Below are positions 39,501 through 64,000 of a stretch of 64,000 nucleotides of DNA, in pieces. The translations under genes and the position numbers were made by a program. The stretch covers positions 26,598,001 to 26,662,000 of the forward strand of contig CM022670.1 of the NCBI GenBank assembly GCA_012295275.1. The letters are read 5' to 3'. Origin of the DNA: Chrysomallon squamiferum (Eukaryota > Animalia > Mollusca). Each line of letters begins with the position of its first letter. Within the stretch, counting starts at the first letter, position 1. The notes under the pieces were generated by a model. It made no database searches and had not been told where the DNA came from. It saw only the letters and a program-made list of their open reading frames with translations.

Positions 39501-40724
39501 ATCTAACATGATTTCATATTTTTTTAAAAGGAATAAAATATGTTTTGGTTTTATTGATGAATGGGTCTTCAAACTTTACTATAATTATTTTACATTCTGG
39601 ACATGGACATTTTGTATGCAGTTTGTGTTTATTTAATGAGAAAGTGGATTAAAAGTTCTGAACAATAAAGAGAGAGAGAGAGAGAGTGCTTTCATACAAT
39701 CAATTTAAAACAAAGTAATAAAAATGGAGTTGATGCACTGATTTCTAACCAATTTTCAGCTAATGATAATAATTTAACTGTGCTTGTAAAGAATCATTAA
39801 GAGGCATTTTAAAGCAATAGTGCTAAAGAATAAAAAAATTAAAAATAAAAAAAATAAATCTTCAATATGTGCCCAAAAATTAAAAATCTTAGGATTTGAT
39901 TATATGAAAAAAAAAAAAAAAAAAAAAAAAATGTATGTATATATTTTCTTACAAAAAGTAAGAGTATTGAAAAATATACCTTCAAGAGAGATATTCACCT
40001 AAAAAGTCATTCAACTGAATTAATATCATCTGATATGCTGATGAACTGAATGATTTGTTTGAAGCTGATGACAGATATAACCCGTGGTTGTTTTGAGGCC
40101 AGCAGAGGTGTTAATTACTCAAGCATGACTCCAGGTGTGTGGCCTTAATTTTGTGAGGTCAGTTCATACCTGACTGCCAATATCCATCCAGCCCTGGTCA
40201 GAGATCTTGGTCAAGTACCAGTAAACAAAGTTAGTGAGTGCCTTGCAGCTGGACACTGATATCAGTTGGAAAAGTGGACCTGATTGTATGTGATTATGTT
40301 AGACATCCATGTTGTTCTCTATCAATTATGTAATTATACTGGCTGTGATTAGTCTCAAAATGTCTCTTGTATGATTATGGTGACATTTCAAGATTCTGGA
40401 TCTGGATTAAATGCTGAAGCTTCAACACACTGAGGAAACACAATTATAATTTTATTTTTATCATTATTATTTATTTATTTTGTTGTGTTTAGTTTTGCCA
40501 GAATGGTCAAAGAATGTTTATTTCACAGTTACCAGATCTGGTTGTTTTGGAAAGTTTTCAGATAACTTTTCAAGGATGTACATTTATGCTAAAAGGTCTG
40601 TATGATTGATTTTATTTTTACTGTTTTTTTTGTTTTTTTTAACAAATTCTTAATTTGTTGCTTTTTTTTTTTTTTTTTTTTCTTTTGTACCTTTTATTTT
40701 TTTTATATATATTTTTTTTCTAAG

Positions 40725-40857
40725 TATTATTATTATTATTATTATTGTTATTATTATTGTTATTGTTGTTATTGTTATTATTGTTATTATTGTTATTATA
40801 TTATTTATTTATTTATTTTATTTTATTTTATTTTATTTTATTTTATTTTATTTTATT
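40725..40857. repeat. (TAT/TGT)n and (TTTTA)n low-complexity repeat
   Basis: Direct inspection. Confidence 0.9.
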
Positions 40858-43800
40858 AATTCAAGTATCAAACACTGCTCCTAGTTTGGTTTATTAAAAG
40901 TAATGTGATGAATATTTTCTGTTTATGGGAAGTTGTATCATATAAATGATGCTTTGCTTCCAAATTATAAAGTAGGCCAATGTGTCAAATTTTGTACTGA
41001 TAAAATAACGAAAAAATAGATCAATATTGTAAAATAGAGAATGTTTGTAACGTGCACTCAGTTTTTGTTCAGAATTAGATTTGATCTTGCTAGACATCTT
41101 GAATGGTAATACTAAAATATCAAGCCTTTGTTTGCATTTAAATATCTCTGAATTTAATAACACCATTTTCCATACAAATCATTCCATTCTGTCACTTCTT
41201 GTAGTATTTCAGTGTGTCTAAATGTAACTGTATCTTTATCTTCCCAAACTGTGGGCTCAATTTACTGCAGGGATATGGTACTGTATGATTTATGGACTAG
41301 CAGCAATGACAGTACTAAATAATTATTAGGTTTGTGGAATAATGTTCAAGACAATTGGCTATAAAATGCAAATTGTAGCCTCTACTTCATCTAAAGAACT
41401 GAAGTATTTTCAAACTGAATATTAAGTTTGTTTGTGAGATGTGGTGTTTTTGGTGTTAAGACAAAGATAATAAAATTATTATTATTTGGTGTTACCTGTT
41501 ATAATGTATCAGGTAAAAATAAATGAATATACAAGCTGTAAGATATTCATTATGAGTGAAATAGAAAAATGACCATACAACTTAACTGTAAATTAGTAAC
41601 AAATGATACAACAGGTGGATAACATTTGACACGTGATGTATGGGGCAAAGGGAAAATTTAATAACCAAGATTCTGTTATAAACTCAATATATTCCCATCG
41701 CTAAAGCAGTCATGATAGACACTGCTCAAATCAAAATCTGGACCACTATAATGGACACTAAAAGTACTCAAGAGATTATGGAAGCCAGAGGTTAAAGTAA
41801 TGAAAACTGAAATCAGAAGAATTCATCTTGCTGTTCAGAACTGGTGGTATTTTTTTATTTTCTTTGTGTTAATCAAGTTTATCTGTACCATCAGCTACAC
41901 CTGACAGGTGAAAAATTACCATGGCAGTACATTTACTTTGATGTTTTAGTTGGTTTGTGTTGGGGAATTTGATACTGTTTTGTGGTAAACAGCTTCATCT
42001 ATGAGACAAAACAAACTGATACAAACATGTTTGGTTTTTACTGATAATAAAACAGAACTGATGATAATAGAAGTCAGAGGTCTGTTCAGATGAGCAACAA
42101 CTTGAAAAGAAACCCAAACATACAAAACCTCCATGTTTAATATTACCTTTACAAAGAATCATCATATAAGATAGTGAAAATAAAGTAACATTAATTATAA
42201 TAATATTTGGATGATTTAAAAATATATTTTTATTTTCAGATAATGTTTATCTTGACTTTTTAACCAGATTTTCATCATGACTGTCCATTCATTTGTTTTT
42301 AGGGTATAAATATGTTTATCAACTTTACGTGTGTGTGTGTAATTTAACCTTTAACCTTTCTTTCTGTTTATGTACAATAATTTGAAGAAAAAACAACAGT
42401 TTTCAGCTTTTAACTTTAATAATACAATTACAAATTTATTTATATCAATGTGGCATTTGACAGTTGCTGTTTTCTTTTTTCCTTTTTATTTATTTATTTT
42501 TTCGTTCTAAATGGCTGTTTGACCTCAAAGCACATTAGAAGAGTTTATCCATTTATCTCATTTACCCGGTGATTAATAATAGATCTCAGTGCAGAACATT
42601 TATTTTTAGCTGTAAAAGTGATAGTGATCTAGAGTCTGGTGATAACAGTATAATAATTGGTCTATTTGCCATGTCAATTATGTCATTTTCTACGCCATTT
42701 GTTGCCAAGGTCCTGATGATTGCCGCCCAAAGAAAGAATACAAAGTGTGAATGTGAGTCGTGCTGGCTTGCGCTGGCTTTCTCACGACCTCAGCTCTTGA
42801 TGTTTGAGTGTGTTTGTTCATGTGGTTTACAAGATTACCTTTCAGTAATTTAAAATGTTCTGTTTTATTTACAAACATACACATTTATATAAACACACAT
42901 TCTCATATATACACACAAACACTCTCTCACACACACACACACAAACATGCATGCACACACAAAATCAAATGTGTGTGTGTGTGTGTGTGTTAATGTTTTT
43001 GGTTTCATGGTTTCTGAGGGGGTTGTTATTTTTTTTATTTAAATAATTAAAAACTTAATTATATTATTTACATAGAATGAAATTTATATAACAGATGGTT
43101 AAACAGAAAATTTCTGTTTCAAATTATTTATTTATTATTTGTGACCAAGATTCCTGTGTGTTGTGTTGGATACACTCCAACAACCTTGGTTGTTTACTTG
43201 AATGTTTTTACAGATTAATGTTTAACATGCAGAGTGAGATAAATGTTGGCAGAGGTCAACTATTCATTATCCAAAATCTTTGGGGACTGACTATAAGTAA
43301 TCTACAGGCTTTATTTGTATGTAAATACTGAGTAAAATTTGTGACATAAACAAATAAAGCCAAATACAAGGGTAAAATTATAGAGATAACATTTTATTTA
43401 CAAAATCAGATAGCAGATTATCACCTTGCATAAATTACATCACAATGTTTGTGTTTTTTCTTAGTTAGTTCTGGACTTGTCCAATTATGAATAATTACTA
43501 ATAATTATTAATACATCACTTCTATAGTAAGTCATTTTTGACCAGTATGTTGTTAAATATACATATGGATTGATAGTACTTCAGTAGTTAATATTCTCTA
43601 TGTGTTGATGTTTACAGATTTGTGCTCAAGACACGTACATACAATGCATAGACAACAACGAAGTAAAAAGAGTTAAGATATATTGCACATACTCCTATAA
43701 ATCAGCAGCTTATTTTAGTTTGATCTTAGAAACACTTGATGGTCTCAGTAGGTATGTTGTTAAGGCTTGGGACTTACGTCTGCTAGTTAGTAAGTGTCAG

Positions 43801-44963
43801 TGTGTCCAAGCAATCCTTAAGTGGAAGACTTGTCTAGTTAATCCAGTAATCTTGACATTTGCCTTCACAGGCAACCTCAGAACTGCCTGTACAGAATAAC
43901 ATTTAGAAAATGTGATTCTTAAAAACAGAAAATACATTACAATGAAAATAATAAAAATAGCTAAGAGAAATTTATTCATGCAAATATTGTAATTAAATTA
44001 TAATGAAGAAATAAAGAAAACTTTACGGGTAAATGAGAACATTCTCTCAAGGATATATTAGAAATTCCATTTTGACATATAAAATTTTAAAATAAATGTA
44101 ATTTTTGCATCATGATTTCTGGTTAAAAGTAATACAAAATCACGGACATGAGGAAAACACATTTATCAAAGTAACTCGTAATAATAGAGATAAAAATTTA
44201 AATTATTTCCTTCTTTTTTTTCTTGAATAATTTGTTTGGTAATCTACTTTACACTTCTGTTAGATGTTATTTATTAAACTATCTTTCTCCATGTTATCTC
44301 TGACCTAGTTTATCTATACAATATTATTAATGTGACATAACACACAACAGTTTACCACACCCACACACATACATAATAGAGTTGTTTATGTGGATATACA
44401 AAAGCAGAAACACATATATAAATTTGGACACAAATTCACACACACATACATAGACATACACATATATACAAATAATTTTTTATATGAATATACAATCACA
44501 GAAATACACACACATGTACATAATAAAGTTACTAATATAAATATACAATCACAGAAATACATATATACACGTACACTGAAATACACACACACACACACAC
44601 TCACATACATTCACAAATATATTTATGGCATTAATCTGTGGCATTTACTGATCACTAATCTAAATATATCATGAGGAATATTTCTGACATGCAGCTTAAA
44701 ATTATTCATCTGTTTAAATGTCATTTGTAAAACACATTCGTGTATTTCAGTCAGTGCAGACACTGTGATGTTGATATATTGTCAGAGGTCATCATTAAAA
44801 CTAAAAATAGAGGTTACAATAAAACTTGATAAATCACAGTACCATGATATGCAACATTCCCATCATCATGTATCATATTTTTTTTAAATTTAATCATACT
44901 GATTGCTTTTTATTGAGATAACTGAGTTTTGTTTCATTTAATGCAATGAATAAAGACTGTTTA

Positions 44964-44965
<2 letters not shown>

Positions 44966-45027
<62 letters not shown>
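44966..45027. repeat. (ATT)n microsatellite
   Basis: Direct inspection. Confidence 0.95.
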
Positions 45028-47483
45028 TGTAATGTAGGTAATGCAAATTTCGTGATTTGGTTACATAAAGTGTAAATATGGAATTACAGATATTAAATTT
45101 TTCTGAAAATTTCTTTATAGTGTATTTAAAAGAATATGTATTTAAAAATATGTATATACTCTAAAACAAAAATGTCATTGATTAAACAAATTATTGTTGA
45201 TATTGTGTACAAATTGTGTATATTTACATGTATGAATAGCAAAGAGATGCTTTGAATTTTTAAATTTTGATTAAAAATACGCTATGTAATTTACTTTGTA
45301 TTTATTTATTTATCTATCTAGTGTTGTTGTTGTTATCTTTCTTATTTCTTCAGATACACATTTTATATATAAATATTAAAAGTACATACTGGGATATTCT
45401 ATTTATTATTCTTGATATTTGACAAAAATGCTTTCATAAGCAGATGCTAACAGATTTTATATATGCTTCTGTTCTGGTAAATCATCAAGATCATAGTTCA
45501 GTCATATCATTTTATAGCCATTAATAATTATTTAATGTCTTCTTTTTGTCGACCTGATCCTGAATATGTTTCTGTGAATAGAAAATTTCTGTTTGCCAAA
45601 CAAATTCTGTGAATACTTTGTCAAATAGTGTCTGGTCCTATTGATGAATAGCCTTACATGAATTCAGATATCACCTTGGTCATTTCACTTGTTGTTTGCT
45701 TTGCTGATCCACCTGCATTGTACATTTCTTTAAGATCCACATGTAATATAGACAGACAGATCATTTTGGCTTGAAGGATGTATAATAATATGGACAAATC
45801 TATATTTAACTGCTTATATTTAATTTCTCTCTGTCTCTTTCTCTCAACACAAACAAACACACGCACATAAACATGCACACACACACACACACACACACAC
45901 ACAGTGGTCACTTTAAACAAGAACAGCATTCATTTGGGACCAACAAAATATGCCATTTTAAACAGAGTGCTAGTTTACAAAGATTAAAATAAGAAATTGG
46001 AATATGTTTTACTAAAAAAGTTACAATTAAATGTCAATCAAGTGTCAGCTGAGAAACAGTCTGTCATCAAGGACTGTGTTTTGTTTTCATATTTTCTCCA
46101 AAGCTAATTCATCTGTCATGTTTAACATTGGGTGCAAAAGTCTGTTCTCTGTAATAGCAGCAAAAAATGTAATTTGTTTTATCATTTTAAGAACATCAGT
46201 GAACAGGAGTTCAGTCAGTATACAAAAGTTTATGTGTATTGTCAATCCATGCAGATATTTAAATTTGCTGGTCTTTACTCAATTTGTCTCTGCCAAACTG
46301 TTTGTTTCATATATTGCTGGAAATGGTCACTATGTTTTAAATTGAGTTAAATATTTCTGTTTACAGAGTAGATTTGATAAAAATGTTCCTATTAATTTCA
46401 CTTTAGACTTCACCGAAATTACAATGAATTCCATAAGACAATGCAAAATGTGAGCCATACATATCTATGCAGACTTCTGCTTTTTATGAATGACTGAATT
46501 CACTTAGGTATCAATACACACTAATAATAATCTTGTTCAACTAGCTGCATACAGAAATTACAAAAAGCATGGCAGCATTGTTTATTAAGCCTTCAAAGAA
46601 GTGCAGTCATCTCATCTCAATCATAGTCCATGTGCAAACTGCTGTCATTGTTTAAGAAGTGATCATACTTATGAAATTATATACTGATGTTGACAATGCT
46701 AATTAATATGTAAATTGTTCTTCTCTTCTGGAATATACAAATGGAATTCAAAGTAGATAGTATCCAGATTAGTAAATAGTTGGACAGGACTTTGAAATGG
46801 TGCAAATTTATGCAGAAATCAGAGACCAGTTTTTGCAAAGTCCACTCTGTGTGTGTGTACACATACACACACACACACACAGCATATGCATGGATTACAA
46901 TATGCTGGATAAAATTTCACAGGAACAGTGTAATAAATAGAAAGAGATACACTATATAAATATGTAATATTTAATGTTTGTAATATGATACCAAAGACCT
47001 GCTATACTATATGAAATGATATTTATAATAGTTATGGAACATAATACATCCTGAGAAACTTAAAACTTTCATTCTTGTGTGCTATTATTTTTTTTTTTTT
47101 CCTTATGTAATTGTTTTCAATTTGTTTTTTTTGTTTTTTTGTTTCTTTGCTTTTGGTTAAATTTACTTTGTTTTTTATTTATATATAAATATATATCTAT
47201 ATATATATATAGATATATATTTATATTATAAAATATGTAAATGTTAACTATACATGTAGCTGTTGTATCTATATGAAACAGATTGGTTTATTGTGCTGAC
47301 TTGTGTTATTATTCTGGGATACAGCACACCTGTTTGATTTTATATTTCACACTGTGTTGCATGTACATATACACATATGTAATTATAATTTTTTTTTTTT
47401 TCTTCAGATATGGCTGAATATTACTCTTAACATACCAGAGATTTGAAACCAATAAGCCATCAAGAAGAAAGAGTCCCAGAACA

Positions 47484-59900
<12,417 letters not shown>

Positions 59901-61781
59901 TCAGTTTACTGGATTTTGATTGGTCATTATTTTGAAATGTTTTTATTTCTAACCAAACTATATTATGTTGTTTTGGGTTGTCTTTTTTTTTACATTTTAT
60001 TAAACTTTTTTTTTCTTTTTTTTTAATTCATCTATTTATTTTATTCTGGTTGATTATTTTATTGCTTTATAATTTTTGATACTCACATATTTATTCTTAA
60101 GTAACAAAATGGACTTTTATGTAAAATGTTGTCTAATGTGACAGAAATCCCGAGCTTTTATAGAACAACAATACTGAATATTTGTACACATTCACACATA
60201 TATGCAAATTTTCTGCATTTTTTTTTTTTCTTCTGTTCATCCATATTGAGTCAGGATTTAATCTGTAATGTTAAAATGTCACAAACAATCTTGTATTTAT
60301 AAAAGGCACATCATTAAAAATTATGTATTTCTGCAGATGGTAGTCATTTGACAAACTGTATATAGCTTGTTATGCAATGAGAACACCAAACATTCATCAG
60401 TATCTACACAAAAGGAAAATATAACACTTTTTAATTCATTTGTCATATATTATTTTGTTTTTTCAATTTACTTGTTAATTTTCATTGTTTTTTTGTTTTT
60501 GGGGGTGTTTTTTTTCTTTGTTTTTTTGTTTTGTTTTTTTGCAGGTGGGGTTCAGTTACTATCATTACTAATTTGAATGTATTTCAATGAATTTTTACAT
60601 AATCTCTCTTCTTTTTTCTATCCTTTTTTTTTAAACAAAAATTATTTTCAGTTTGTAACTACAAGTCTGGTGTAATGAGTATGTATTTAAACTAAATTTC
60701 ATCTTCTATTTACACCTACTACCACTACTACTACTAAATTACTTAATATATTTTATAAAAGCATGTTGTTGTTATCAAAACTATATACACTTATTTATAT
60801 TTGTTTCTGTATAATACTACCACCATTACATCTACATCTACTACTACATTTGTATCAATATTTAACAGAAGCATGTAGTGATTATTGATTATATATACCA
60901 GTGATCTATATATCTATAAATCTGTAGTCAACTAACAGAATCTGTAGACCTAAGCATTCTGTATCTTTTCAGTATACTTAAAAACCTTTCAAGCTTCTTT
61001 TTTTAAGAGAATGGTAATATAGATAATTATCTTAAATAATAAAGTTTTACTTTTATATGTTTTTTGATTCATGGGAAATAACTCTTGTATACTTATCAGT
61101 CCAACATATTGAATACTATTGTATTTTGTTCATAATTATAAATATAGCTTTTCACTGTAGAATAATCTTTCTTATTTGTTTTGTAAACTGCCTGTGAATG
61201 AATTATTATTTGTTTTAAACCCCAAAATACATATGACATTCTAGTGTCAAACACTTTTGTGTTTATTTATTTATTTATTTATTTATAATATTTATTTATA
61301 ATATTTATTCTGAATATAAAAATAATAATAATAATAAGTAAATAAATAAATAAATAAATAAAAGAAAAAAGATACTGCTACCACATTTTACTTTTCTTAT
61401 TTTTATACTACACTGTATTTCTATTAAAGAAAGATACTAAATGCACAGTGGACTCAAATGTACAAAAATAAAGATTGAAAACAAAACTATTTCCAGTATA
61501 GTCATTTAAGGAAACTCTGTATATTTTGGATTTCCCAAGCTCATTATTGATCACTTTTCCAGTGTTTAAATCATGAGCAAAACAACTTGATATTTGACAA
61601 ACTATTCAGAAGCTAATTTTATACCTAATAAAACATTATGTAAGTCAAACACAGAACACTTTACAGCAAATATGATGGTATATAAATAAAATTAAATAGA
61701 AATAGATTTCTGAAATACTAACAAATATTAATTGCATTTGTTTTCCTTACTTGGAATTTTTGTTTTATCTTTTTCTTCTTT

Positions 61782-61784
<3 letters not shown>

Positions 61785-61847
<63 letters not shown>
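61785..61847. repeat. (CT)n microsatellite
   Basis: Direct inspection. Confidence 0.95.
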
Positions 61848-61854
<7 letters not shown>

Positions 61855-63812
61855 TCTTTATTTATATCATTATATTTTTTCTCCAATTTTAAATATTTTA
61901 CTATTTATTTATTTATTTATTTTTTGTTCTGTTCTGTTTTGTTTTTCGATATATATTTATGTACTTATTTATTTATGTAATTTAGTTAGCTCTTTTTTCT
62001 TCTTTTTTTCAGTATTTTAAAAATAAAAATAGAAAATAATATACATTTAGTATTATCTTTTTAGTTAAAATGGTAGATAATTGATTAACCATTCAGTAAA
62101 TTTATTATACTGGCTCATACCTGTAAAATTAAAAATGTTTTAATGATGTTTATTATCAATTAACAAATTAATATCTTTTTATTAAATATACTGTTTTGAT
62201 TTGATTAAAATTTATAATATTCTAGTTTAATGTCTCATTTTTCAAATTAATAAATATACATTTTTTTAAACATCATGGAGGTATCTAAAAGAACCAAAAA
62301 ATATTACCTAAATAAAAATGAGAGTTGCCTGGGATGTCAAAAATTCGTTAGACTGTTTTAATTTAATATTAACTTAAAACTATATTATTTGTGTGGAATT
62401 AAATAAATATCCATCCACTTCTAAAGGTGGATATTTAAAAAAAGCTTTCATATAAATCTAACAACATGGTTGTCTTTCAGTCTTGTAAAAGTTACTTATA
62501 TTTTGCAGATTACACCAGCATAGCTGCATTTTAGAAATAAATAAGTGATTTCACACCCTGTTCTTGTACTTATAGTAATAATAATAATAAATGATTTACT
62601 GTGATGTAATATTTAAGACGAATCGAAACATTATTTCAAAAATATTTTCAAAACAACAGTATATTTTGTTATGATGATGATGATGATGATGATTGAAATT
62701 GTTATTAATATCCAGTGTGTTTCTAAAAATAGATGTATGATTTTTTTTCTCATTTTGTTGCCATTTAATTAGTATTTTGTTTCATTTTCAGTCGAATAAT
62801 ACACTAGCCCAAGGTCAAGAAACCCAGCTCTGATGTTTATAGGAAGAACTGTACAATACTCAAAGATGATACATCTCAAAAATGCTGATTTGAAGAAAAA
62901 CATTTAGTTAATATATATTGCTTGTTTTCTTTTTTTGTTTTACAATTGTGCCATTTAATTTTGTACAAAATCGTGTTTGTTTTGGGGTTGTTTTTGTTGA
63001 GGTTTGTTTTGGGGGTTTTCTTGTCTCAATAGAAGCATTTTAATCAGTGTTGTATTTTCTTTTTTTTTCTTTTTTTTACTACAGAGAAAGAGATAAAAAA
63101 AAAAAATCAATACCTTTTTAATTTTCATGTTCTGTGCCATATGTATTCTCTTTAAAAGAAATTAATAAAATCATGATTTAGATGAATGAATTAAAGCAAA
63201 ATAATTGATTATAAGGTATAATATAACTAATTTATATTTTGGTTTTTGATACCAGCTCAGGTCATTTAAGAGAAGAGAAAATATTTTGCTTATGGCTGAA
63301 ATATAGAAATAATTTTTCAAAAGAAGTACATCTGGCATTAATTCCCTTTAAAATGTCTCGGCATTAATATATATGGATATATTTTTTATAAATCGAAATA
63401 TGTAATTATGTGACATTATATTTGCTAAATGTTCAGCATAACACTAAAATAATACATTCATGAAGTTTGGTAAAGGATGTTATACATTTTTCACTGGCAT
63501 TATTTCATACAAACAAAATATTGAGTGAATAAATCATTTTATTATAAAACCATTCACAGTCTATTAGTGATGTTATTCAAGTTAGATAAATGATATCATG
63601 GATTACTGTAATCTTTGATGCATTTTTATCAGCTTGTTATTTATTATTTAACATGCTCTATTATTAAGCTTGCTAATTGAACTGAGTAAATAAAAGACTT
63701 AGTAATAATTTGTTACTATATCAGTTTTTAGACCTTTTATAATTATCACTAAATATACACTTCTATTTCTCAAACATAAATTCACTGCTTCAGTGTCTTC
63801 AATATCTTCATC

Positions 63813-63813
<1 letters not shown>

Positions 63814-63855
<42 letters not shown>
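63814..63855. repeat. (AAT)n microsatellite
   Basis: Direct inspection. Confidence 0.95.
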
Positions 63856-64000
63856 GTATATATTATATACATTTGAAACAAAGCAATTATATTATATAGT
63901 TTATCATATATATTTTAAGCACTTAGCTTTTTGACCGTAAACAAAAATTGTATATTATGCAGACTGAAATTTTAACATATTTTTATCCATTTTGTTTAAA

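Noticed and set aside
42920-42990. (CA)n...(TG)n fold-back as a miRNA/MITE
   Set aside because: Complementarity derives only from simple dinucleotide repeats; no TIR/TSD or complex stem.

Overview
AT-rich, intron-rich animal (eukaryotic) genomic DNA. The H1 sequence and repeat style suggest a mollusc (inference). Three genes can be reconstructed by hand. (1) ARMC7 on the minus strand: 7 coding exons, 4995->1592, 200 aa, all phases consistent. (2) A solitary, intronless, apparently polyadenylated linker histone H1 (6879/6924-7467, +). It has an in-frame 45-bp duplication of its start and a 1-nt insertion frameshift at 7011-7012. (3) A KANK-family gene on the plus strand: coding 47484->~59900, ~1753 aa once a single-base deficit at ~52672-52675 is corrected. 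It has a KN motif, coiled coil, a ~4.2-kb exon with ~18 repeated short motifs resembling LC8 sites, and C-terminal ankyrin repeats. The ~38 kb between H1 and the KANK start looks like KANK 5' intron/regulatory DNA: candidate alternative first or non-coding exons, decayed SINE-like copies, a 28-bp minisatellite and many microsatellites. No prokaryotic features, CRISPR arrays, tRNA/rRNA or intact transposon ORFs were seen. I cannot support a wholly new biological system. The best leads are the two frameshifts, the H1 start duplication, the KANK motif array and its promoter/terminal-exon complexity.
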